Assembly (NCBI RefSeq): GCF_000020025.1
Contig: NC_010628.1
Span: forward strand, 240,001-272,000
Source: Nostoc punctiforme PCC 73102
GTDB lineage: Bacteria; Cyanobacteriota; Cyanobacteriia; Cyanobacteriales; Nostocaceae
Length of the DNA: 32,000 nucleotides
Reading direction: 5' to 3'
Made by a program: the position numbers and the translations under genes
Part shown: piece by piece, positions 9,466 through 18,025 of the stretch
How positions within the stretch are numbered: the first letter of the stretch is position 1
Layout of the letters: each line of letters starts with the position of its first letter
The notes under the pieces: model-generated
The model's database searches: none
What the model was told of the DNA's origin: nothing
The model's input: the letters and a program-made list of their open reading frames with translations, nothing else

Positions 9466-10933
9466 AATGCTTTAGGGCACTAAGTTTCAGATGGGCAAAA
9501 TGTCAAGAATAAAAGGTAAAATCCTTGTTAGGCTAGGTATGAAATGTAGGAAAAATAGTCGATTTGTAAGTTTTTTTTGTAGGTTCTTAATTTTTGTTTA
9601 GCATAAGCAAAGTATATCAGGCGTATTTTAAATATTTGTGATGATTAAATTTTTTTATGAGCTGAATTTAAATTCAGCATTAATGTACTGAGGATTGGAT
9701 TTAATCTAGCTGCGATCGCTTTATTTTACGCTGCTTCGAGAAAATAATATTATTGACAGACAGCGTTATTTTTGGCTTGAGCTTTTGCGCTTGCCATAAA
9801 TGCTCTCATCTTAGATTATTAATTCTGGCTAGCCGATCGCTAATACCTTTCTTTGCAAGCCTACACCAAACTTAATTTTGGGTAAAAACTTGCAACCCGA
9901 TTTAGAGCATTTCTATATCGAATCGGTATAACCAATACTTTGCCACCTTAATAACAAAATACTGTTTTATTTTTGGTTTCTCATCTATCTAAATAAATAT
10001 AAAACTACATCATTTTTTAAGTACTAAGTACTATATCTTATCAATATTTAGATGATACAGTAAGACATTTTATCTTTTAACTAAAAACAGACAAAATAAT
10101 ATTTGTCTGTTCGGTTTCGTACACAAGAAAATTAAAATTTATTAACAATAGTATTAAATTCGACAGCCCCTTCAGGAAACGCACTGCTTGTTCGCTCATC
10201 CCACCTCTATGCGAAATTACTAGTTGTACATCAAGTCTTTCACAAGCAGCAATGCAATGAAATACTGATTGTTTAGCATTCCGCTAATGTTTCGCCAACA
10301 GGTTCGAGTTGATCCACTAGCAAGGTATCAATACCTGTTGCTGCGATCGCCTTGAGACCATCTTGGCAAACTATTTCAACCGTTTGTTGCAAAATTTAAA
10401 AGAATAATGTAGTGCTTCTTTCCGCGATGAGAGCTATATTGTCAGCAGTTTATCTCGATATGTCGCATATACCAAAGGACGAGGAAAGGGAATACGGCCA
10501 TTGAGACTAATTAACATCGAAAATCGTGCGGTAACTGAGTTGTTAGCACAAAGCATTATTGTAAGTTCTAGTCAAAAAAGCCTTCAGTCACTTCTGTCTT
10601 AGTGGATAGTTATTCGTCTTCACAACTGAATATAGATATTCCTATAGAATTGCCACGATCGCAATTTCAAAGTCTGGCTAATAAGCTAAAATTATTATTA
10701 CCTCCCAAGCTTGTGCAAACACGTGATTATTCAGTCCGCTCACCCCATTACCAAAAGCGGATAAGACTCTTAATTCTGGCTCAGAACGATCCTTTGTATC
10801 TAAGAATGCACTAATTGTTCACACAAATTCAAACCATTGGATAGAAATAATAGCATACAGACTATTTCTTATTTAGTAGGCAGAAACCAGGCTTTTAAGA
10901 TTGAATCGAATTAAGTAAATTGAGGAAACCAAA

Positions 10934-11506
10934 ATGCCTTTAATTCGTTGGGAACCCTTTAAAGAAGCAGAAATTATGCAGCGGCAAATAAATCGATTAT
11001 TCGATCAAATGCTGTCATCTCAAGAGAGCGATCGCCTACAGGGGGGCGTAGCCCATCGCGGCGATATTATTGCATTTACACCTCCTGCCGAAATCCACGA
11101 GACTAGCGATGCCTTTAAACTACGCATCGAATTACCTGGCTTAAAACCAGATGATTTGGATGTGAAAGTGTCCCCAGAAGCAGTTGAGATCAGTGGGGAA
11201 CGCAGATTTGAAACCACTACTGAAGAAAAAGGCATTCGTCGCTCTGAGTTTCGCTATGGTAGCTTTGGGCGGATAATCCCCTTGTCTACACGGATTCAGA
11301 ACGACAAAGTGCAAGCAGAATTTAAAGACGGTGTGCTGTGTCTAACTTTACCTAAAGCCCAGTCCGAACAGAATCGCGTGGTCAAGGTTAATCTGAGTGA
11401 CAGCACAAACGGACAATCACAGCAATTAGGCAACGGTCATTCTCAGCCTACCAATGAGAAAGAGTCCCTACAGGCAGAGGAAACTGTGGCATCTAATCCT
11501 CAATAG
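10934..11506 (+). CDS. Small heat-shock protein (Hsp20/alpha-crystallin) with a long Q/S/N-rich C-terminal tail
   Basis: A GAGGAAA Shine-Dalgarno lies 7 nt upstream. Sequence runs MPLIRWEPFKEAEIMQRQINRLFDQM...PPAEIHETSDAFKLRIELPGLKPDDLDVKV...AEFKDGVLCLTLPK. Confidence 0.9.
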   Translation: MPLIRWEPFKEAEIMQRQINRLFDQMLSSQESDRLQGGVAHRGDIIAFTPPAEIHETSDAFKLRIELPGLKPDDLDVKVSPEAVEISGERRFETTTEEKGIRRSEFRYGSFGRIIPLSTRIQNDKVQAEFKDGVLCLTLPKAQSEQNRVVKVNLSDSTNGQSQQLGNGHSQPTNEKESLQAEETVASNPQ

Positions 11507-11671
11507 AGAGGCAGGAGGCATACTTCGACTGCGCTCAGTACAAGGGGGCAGGGGGTAAGGTGACAAGGTGACGTAAGAAGTTTTTCCCCAAGTCCTCTTC
11601 CCCCAGCAAAGCGCACCCTGCCCCAATTCCTCTTCTACCTTGCCTATTTTTCAACTCTATCCATCAAATTT

Positions 11672-13642
11672 ATGAATATAAACTATCAAAATTTACCAAT
11701 TTTTACACTATTCATCATTGGCGCATTGTTGAGTTCGCTGTTATTGGATCGCTGGTGGCGCGATCGCATCTATAACTTGAACGGTAAAACTGTACTGATT
11801 ACAGGTGGCTCGCGGGGGCTAGGGCTAGTTATGGCACGCCAGTTGATTCAAGCAGGAGCGCGTTTGGCGATTTGTGCCCGCGATCCAGAAGAATTGGAGC
11901 GATCGCGTATTGAACTAGAACAACGAGGTGGAGAGGTTCTGGCTGTACCTTGTGATGTGACTGACAAAACTCAGGTTGAGCAGATGGTACAACAGGTACG
12001 CGATCGCTTCGGCGCGATCGACATCTTAATCAACAACGCTGGCGTTGATTTTGTCGGTCCAATGGATCTGATGACGGTGGAGGACTACGACGATGCGATG
12101 AAGTTGCATTTTTGGGCACCGCTTTACGCCAGCTATGCAGTTTTGCCCCAAATGCGCGAACGACATCAAGGGCGGATAGTTAACATTTCCTCAATTGGTG
12201 GTAAGGTCGTTTTCCCCCACATGCTGCCATACTGTGCTAGCAAGTTTGCCTTAACTGGATTATCAGAAGGAATGCGGGCAGAATTGGCTCAGGAGGGAAT
12301 TAGTGTTACAACCGTATGTCCTGGTTTAATCCGCACAGGCGCTCCTGAAAATGTCATATTTAAAGGTCAGCACCGTAAGGAATATGCCTGGTTCAGTATT
12401 AGTGATTCTTTGCCCTTGCTCTCAATGAGTGCTGAAGTTGTAGCTTACAAAACTATTGCTGCCTTAAAGCGAGGTGACGCAGAAATAATTCTGTCCCTTC
12501 CGGCTCAGATTGCTACCAGATTTCATGGACTGTTTCCAGGGCTAAATACTAATTTGCTTACTTGGGTAAATTGGTTACTACCTGCCGCATCGGGTGGTAT
12601 TGGTACAGAGCGAGCATTGGGAAAAGACAGTCATTCTTTCTTGTCGCCCTCTTGGTTAACCTATTTGAGTAACAGAGCTGCACGGCGGAATAACACAATT
12701 ACTAGAAACGAGGAAAATGGCGATCGAGCAGATCGGCAGATTGTGCAGCCAACTCCACAGACAACAACTGAGCAACCCAAAATCCAGTTAATCCAGCCTT
12801 CTCAAGCATCACCTGAAATTCAAGCCTGTTTCAACGATATCCAAGACACATTGGGAATCCCTTGGACACCTGCTAACTGGCGTGCCTATGCGATGTATCC
12901 TTCAGTGATGCAGTTGTTTTGGCAACGTCTCAAACCTGCGATGCAAACCGAAGCATTTTTAGAGGATGCGATCGCAATTAGTGAGCATGTTTATCGTGAT
13001 ATCAATGATTGGTATCAACCAGGTTATCAGATTGAAGTAGAACAAGCACAGCAACATCATATCCGACAAGAACTTAACGCTTTTATTTTTGGGAATCCGC
13101 AACTACTCATCCAGCAGATTGCACTGAGCAAGACGCTTGCAGGTGAGATAGTAGGTCAGGATGGCAGTATAGATTCCCGACATGGGCCAAATGCTTATCG
13201 TCATCACCAAATTCAACTGATAGATGAGCAGTCAGCTCAAGAAATTTCGCCAGAAATGCCACAGGTTTATCAAGACATTAAACAAACTCTGGGTGTACCG
13301 ATTGTCAACTCCGATTACCAAGCATTAGCACGATGGCCGGCTTTCTTTCTGGCAGCTTGGTCAGACATCAAGGTTTGGCGAGAGCGACCGGAGTATCAAC
13401 TTCTCGTGCAAGATGTCGTGCAGAAAGCAGAAGAAGCTGCTAGCCGCCTGTCTCCTGCTGTGTGGGTTGGTGAGCGAGAAGTAGAAGATATTCTCGATAA
13501 CCCTGATAATTTCGAGCAGATTCAACAAATGGTACAGATGTTCAAGGATATATTGCCGGAACTAATCGTGCAGAATGCTCTGTTTCATTTTGGTCTAAGA
13601 AGAGTTCAATCAGTGAAGGGAATAGGGAGTAGTCAGTTGTAA
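11672..13642 (+). CDS. Fusion protein: N-terminal TM helix + classical SDR oxidoreductase + two tandem DehI-like (group I 2-haloacid dehalogenase fold) repeats
   Basis: SDR motifs are TGGSRGLG, NNAG and S...YCASK. The C-terminal approx. 290 aa contain an internal duplication: SPEIQACFNDIQDTLGIPWTPANWRAYAMYP against SPEMPQVYQDIKQTLGVPIVNSDYQALARWP. This half also contains NAFIFGNPQLL. These match my memory of P. putida DehI: YEDIRLTLRVPWVAF, YAFNYGNPKYLL, ASDFQALANWP. Confidence 0.8.
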   Translation: MNINYQNLPIFTLFIIGALLSSLLLDRWWRDRIYNLNGKTVLITGGSRGLGLVMARQLIQAGARLAICARDPEELERSRIELEQRGGEVLAVPCDVTDKTQVEQMVQQVRDRFGAIDILINNAGVDFVGPMDLMTVEDYDDAMKLHFWAPLYASYAVLPQMRERHQGRIVNISSIGGKVVFPHMLPYCASKFALTGLSEGMRAELAQEGISVTTVCPGLIRTGAPENVIFKGQHRKEYAWFSISDSLPLLSMSAEVVAYKTIAALKRGDAEIILSLPAQIATRFHGLFPGLNTNLLTWVNWLLPAASGGIGTERALGKDSHSFLSPSWLTYLSNRAARRNNTITRNEENGDRADRQIVQPTPQTTTEQPKIQLIQPSQASPEIQACFNDIQDTLGIPWTPANWRAYAMYPSVMQLFWQRLKPAMQTEAFLEDAIAISEHVYRDINDWYQPGYQIEVEQAQQHHIRQELNAFIFGNPQLLIQQIALSKTLAGEIVGQDGSIDSRHGPNAYRHHQIQLIDEQSAQEISPEMPQVYQDIKQTLGVPIVNSDYQALARWPAFFLAAWSDIKVWRERPEYQLLVQDVVQKAEEAASRLSPAVWVGEREVEDILDNPDNFEQIQQMVQMFKDILPELIVQNALFHFGLRRVQSVKGIGSSQL

Positions 13643-13731
13643 TTTTTTTCTTCCCTGCGCCTTTGTGCCTTCTTGCCTGTTAACTCCATATTTAGTAACG
13701 CCGATTTTTTAAAAATATTCTCTACAAAACT

Positions 13732-14196
13732 ATGGAAATCAGAAGCCCAGCTTTTTTCATTGGGAACACTATCCCCTTCAAATACACTTGTGATGGAGAC
13801 AATATTTCTCCTCCAATATACTGGGAAGCTGCACCTCAAGAAACAAAGAGTTTTGCTTTGATTGTGGATGATATTGATGCACCCAATGAAACGTTTATCC
13901 ATTGGGTTATTTACAACATCCCTGCTGATATTCGTGAATTACCAGAGGGTGTTGCCAAGCAACCTAAACTTCCTGAAGGTGCATTACAGGGAAAGAATAA
14001 CTTTGGAGAGTTGGGTTATGGAGGCCCTTGTCCACCCAAAAATGGGGCGCATCGTTACTTTTTCACAATCTATGCGTTAGACCAAATGCTTGATTTGGCA
14101 GCAGGAGCAAACAAACAACAGCTATTGGCAGCTATAAAGAATCATATTTTGGATAAGGCAGAACTTATGGGACGCTATGCTAGAGAAATTGAGTAA
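13732..14196 (+). CDS. YbhB/YbcL-family PEBP (Raf kinase inhibitor-like) protein
   Basis: FALIVDDIDAP...FIHWVIYNIP...GYGGPCPPKNGAHRYFFTIYALD. Confidence 0.9.
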   Translation: MEIRSPAFFIGNTIPFKYTCDGDNISPPIYWEAAPQETKSFALIVDDIDAPNETFIHWVIYNIPADIRELPEGVAKQPKLPEGALQGKNNFGELGYGGPCPPKNGAHRYFFTIYALDQMLDLAAGANKQQLLAAIKNHILDKAELMGRYAREIE

Positions 14197-14285
14197 ATAC
14201 TGTTTTGCTCAAATGCTGAAGCAGGAGGGTTTCTCAAAAACTTTGTGATTTCCTCTTTATATATTTACTCAGCCTTGAGCAAAAC

Positions 14286-14831
14286 TTAGGTTGCAAGATT
14301 GTTGTTGCCGCCCTCTAAAATAGTCCCCTCTAAATTGGCATCTTCTAGATTAGCTCCTGTAAGATTGGCTCTTTCTAATGCAGCTTGGTGCAGATTTGCC
14401 TGATGCAAATCCGCGATCGCTAAATCTGCCCCGCTCAAATCTGCTGCTTCCAAATTAGCTTCACTCAAATCAGCTTCACGGATGTTAGCGTGACTAAGAA
14501 TCGCCTGCTCCAAGTTAGCAGCTTTGAGATTAGCCTAATTTAAAACGGCTTCATCAAGAATTGCACCTTCTAATATTGCATTGTCAAGAATTGCATCACT
14601 CAAATCGGCTTTGCTTAAATTAGCCCCTCTTAAATCTGCACCATTGAGCGTAGCCCCACTTAAGTCAGCCCGACTGAGATTTGCCTGTTGCAAATTTGCT
14701 TCATCTAGCATCGCCCCATGTAGAATTGCACCACTGAGATTGATGTTTTCCAAGACTGCACCCCTCAAGTCAACGATACTAAAGTCTCGCTCTCCTGCGG
14801 CATATAGTTGCCTGAGTTTTTCTACGTCCAT
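14286..14831 (-). pseudogene. Pentapeptide-repeat protein split by one in-frame TAG (equivalently two ORFs of 98 and 75 aa)
   Basis: The reverse strand reads ...[37 protein letters not shown]... with the A(D/N)LXX register unbroken across the stop (complement of 14535-14537). The 21 nt between the ORFs are in frame and still pentapeptide-like. Confidence 0.8.
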
Positions 14832-15142
14832 CGGCTAATACCCCGTTTTTGTTCAAATACAAGACTTGAGCTTTTTGTTGAAATGATGGATTGCTGAAAA
14901 TACTTCAAAGCTGGAACACTTATTTCAGGAGATCCAAAAAATAAGATGCCCAGCCCTTCTGCTGCGATCGCCGTTGAAAGCAACTTGAACTAGGCTATTC
15001 TTGAAGGTTGGTTTCAGGATCAATCGTCATCCCAATTGGGTCGGTATTAGGTAAAGTTCCTTGTATGCGATTCGCTAAAGCCCACATATCTTTAGTTAAC
15101 AATTTATTTAATATAAAAATCTCAACCCAAATAGTTAATTTG

Positions 15143-15212
15143 AATCGTACTTAAAGAAGAACTAACTTACTTTAATAAATCATACTTAAAGAAGAACTAA
15201 CTTACTTAAACA
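15143..15212. repeat. Two tandem 35-bp units
   Basis: AATCGTACTTAAAGAAGAACTAACTTACTT (15143-15172) against AATCATACTTAAAGAAGAACTAACTTACTT (15178-15207) matches at 29/30. Confidence 0.7.
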
Positions 15213-15641
15213 TGTAATGAAGTATACAAAAGAATTAAAAACCAGATTTGGAAGAAATAGCCGCAGCACAGAGTAAGATGAAAAAATTACAACCGTCAGT
15301 AGGCATAAAGCTTCTATGCCAATCATTGCTTTTATCCTATGCCTGAAAGTAGAAAACACTTATCGAAATATTATTAAGGATTAATCTAAATTCGTCTAAA
15401 GATAACTTCCAATTTATTTAAATATATTTGTGTTCACAAACACACAATAACTCGGAATTAATCTCAGCCTACAGGTAGAAGTTAGGTCAAGTAATATACA
15501 GTTACTTGGTAACTATAAAGAATAAATAATCGAACAACAAAAGGACAAACACTACAGCAAATGCTGCATCAGGCGCTTGAACAAAAGCAGCTTTACTTGA
15601 TTTAGCTTTTTTTATTCAAAACTCAGTTGAAAGGAGAGTTA

Positions 15642-16520
15642 ATGATTTCACAGAACTTACAAGAACAACAACCAAAGCCGCCGTTTCCTGAACAACAGCA
15701 AGAAGTGCCAGGACTAGAGTCACAGATGAACCCGAAGCCAGATTATGGCGAAAATTCTTATCGCGGTTCTGGAAAACTGCAAGGTAAAGCGGCTATTATC
15801 ACAGGTGGCGATTCTGGCATCGGGCGGGCAGTCGCGCTTGCCTTCGCCCGCGAAGGTGCTGATGTGCTAATTGCTTATTTAAACGAAGAACCGGATGCAG
15901 AGGAAACCGTTCGCATCGTCGAAAAAGAGGGACGTAAGTGCGTCGCTATTGCAGGCGATATCCAGCAAGAAGCGCAATGTCAACAGATCGTTGAGCGGGC
16001 GCAAAGTGAGTTCGGCAAAATCGATATCCTCGTTAATAATGCCGCTTTCCAGATGACGCGAGAAAGCCTCGATGAGATTTCGTCAGAGGAGTTCGATCGC
16101 ACCTTCAAAACCAACATCTACGCGATGTTCTACCTGTGCAAAGCCGCAGTGCCACACATGCAGCCAGGTAGCGCCATCATCAATACTGCTTCCATCAATG
16201 CAGCTGAACCAAAGCCGAAGCTACTGGCGTATTCGGCAACCAAGGCAGCGATCGTAAACTTTACTGGTGGGTTGGCGCAGTTACTGGCCGAAAAGGGCAT
16301 CCGGGTGAACGCTGTCGCGCCGGGTCCTGTGTGGACACCGTTAATCCCGGCGACGATGCCAAACGAACAGGTGACACAGTTCGGGCAGCAGTACCCAATG
16401 AAGCGCCCCGCACAGCCAGCCGAACTTGCACCGGTATACGTGCTGCTAGCTTCTTCCGAAGCCAGTTACGTTTCAGGCGCGGTGATTCCCGTTACTGGCG
16501 GTCAGCCCGTTCTTCCATAG
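15642..16520 (+). CDS. SDR-family oxidoreductase (YghA/YhxC-like)
   Basis: A strong AAGGAGAG Shine-Dalgarno lies before the ATG at 15642. Motifs are TGGDSGIGRA, NNAA and S...YSATKAA. The track start at 15627 is an upstream TTG. Confidence 0.9.
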   Translation: MISQNLQEQQPKPPFPEQQQEVPGLESQMNPKPDYGENSYRGSGKLQGKAAIITGGDSGIGRAVALAFAREGADVLIAYLNEEPDAEETVRIVEKEGRKCVAIAGDIQQEAQCQQIVERAQSEFGKIDILVNNAAFQMTRESLDEISSEEFDRTFKTNIYAMFYLCKAAVPHMQPGSAIINTASINAAEPKPKLLAYSATKAAIVNFTGGLAQLLAEKGIRVNAVAPGPVWTPLIPATMPNEQVTQFGQQYPMKRPAQPAELAPVYVLLASSEASYVSGAVIPVTGGQPVLP

Positions 16521-16693
16521 CGCTTTGCTTTGATGCCAATTTCTATCAGTCTCATTGCAGATGCTTCGGCTAAACCTGCCCTGGCATTTGCGGATCTGCC
16601 GAGAACCTGCTTTCAAATCAATTCAGTGAGGCGAAATCCAAGTCAAGAAACCTATTACCAAATGGCACTCAGAAAAGCTATTTGTTGGGGTGG

Positions 16694-16778
16694 GGCAGGA
16701 GGCAGAGGGCAGGAGTTATAAAATCTTTGTATTTTAAGACTTTCAATTTTTTATTTTCTTCTCTTTCTGCCTCCTGCC
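16694..16778. repeat. Long-loop hairpin of the GGCAGGAGGCAGA family
   Basis: GGCAGGAGGCAGA (16694-16706) is the reverse complement of TCTGCCTCCTGCC (16766-16778). Confidence 0.5.
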
Positions 16779-16930
16779 TGATCTTTGCGCTATTCACCCA
16801 TTACGTTTAAAAAAGCCTCACACCTTCAAGTTATTGGCGGGCTATCTATCAGCAGAGAGCTGGACTCTGACATTCTGCTTTATGCCCATTAACAAATAAA
16901 CCTACAAAAATCTTGTTTGAATCAAAAGTT

Positions 16931-17944
16931 ATGGCTATTTCCCTGAAACCTCTCCGAAACCAAGTTGTTGTCATTACAGGTGCCTCTAGTGGCATTGGCT
17001 TAGTAACCGCTAGAATGGCGGCAAAACAGGGTGCAAAGCTTGTCCTGGCAGCACGAAATGAAGATGCTCTCCGTCAACTGGTTGATGAAATTCGCGCCAA
17101 AGGTGGACAGGCGATTTATGTCGTAGCTGATGTCGGGCAAGAAGAAGATGTGAATCGCATCGCCGAAAGAGCGATCGCTGAATTTGGCGGTTTTGATACG
17201 TGGGTTAACAATGCAGGCGTATCGATCTTTGGTCGCTGTATGGATGTTTCAATCCCCGACATGAAGCGGATGTTTGACACGAACTTTTGGGGCGTTGTGT
17301 ATGGCTCCCGCGCTGCTGTTAACCACTTTAAACAACGCAAAAGCGGCAGTGGGGCGTTAATCAATGTTGGCAGCTTTCTGGGCGATCGAGCAGTGGCGGT
17401 TCAGTCAACCTATTCCGCTTCAAAACATGCGCTGCATGGTTGGACAGATGCCTTACGAACAGAATTAGAGGCTGAAGGCGCTCCTGTATCAGTAACATTG
17501 ATTCACCCCGGACGGATTGACACTCCATACAACGAACATGCCCGCAGCTACATGCCAAAACAACCCGCACATCGCGGCATGATCTACCCACCTGAAGCGG
17601 TCACTGAAGCAATTTTGTATGCCGCTGAACATCCGAAACGAGATATGTTTGTCGGTTTTCAAGCCAAGGCTCTGGCAGTATTGGCTGGCATCTCACCACG
17701 TCTCACAGACAAGTTGATAGAGCTTTGGGCGTTTCCCTCGCAACAGTCCGATCGCCCCTCGCGCGATCGAGAAGACAGTGCGCTCTATCGAGCTGGCTAC
17801 GGTATGCATGAGCGAGGGACTCACCAAGGCTGGATTCGATCGGGCAGCCTCTACGTGAAGGCTGAGAAGCATCCAGTGACTACAACCATTATTGTTGTTG
17901 GTCTTGGCACCTTAATCTGGTGGTTTACATCGTTTGCGGTTTAA
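16931..17944 (+). CDS. SDR-family oxidoreductase with extended C-terminal region ending in a TM segment
   Basis: Motifs are TGASSGIG, NNAG and S...YSASKHAL. The C-terminal TTTIIVVGLGTLIWWFTSFAV is hydrophobic. ATG at 16931 is preferred over the TTG at 16913. Confidence 0.85.
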   Translation: MAISLKPLRNQVVVITGASSGIGLVTARMAAKQGAKLVLAARNEDALRQLVDEIRAKGGQAIYVVADVGQEEDVNRIAERAIAEFGGFDTWVNNAGVSIFGRCMDVSIPDMKRMFDTNFWGVVYGSRAAVNHFKQRKSGSGALINVGSFLGDRAVAVQSTYSASKHALHGWTDALRTELEAEGAPVSVTLIHPGRIDTPYNEHARSYMPKQPAHRGMIYPPEAVTEAILYAAEHPKRDMFVGFQAKALAVLAGISPRLTDKLIELWAFPSQQSDRPSRDREDSALYRAGYGMHERGTHQGWIRSGSLYVKAEKHPVTTTIIVVGLGTLIWWFTSFAV

Positions 17945-18025
17945 AGTTACTAAACTGCCAGAATTGTTCTAGACAATCCATCCCTGTACGCCACGAGATT
18001 ATTACGAACATTCTTAGTACCCCGC

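Noticed and set aside
10296-10320. tRNA-like GGTTCGAGT string
   Set aside because: No acceptor, D or anticodon arms can be built around it. It sits inside a decayed coding fragment.
14581-14838. 85-aa plus-strand ORF opposite the pentapeptide gene
   Set aside because: The periodic repeat keeps the antisense frame open. Its low-complexity translation (SALLKLAPLKSAPL...) mirrors the repeat and shows no sign of being a real gene.
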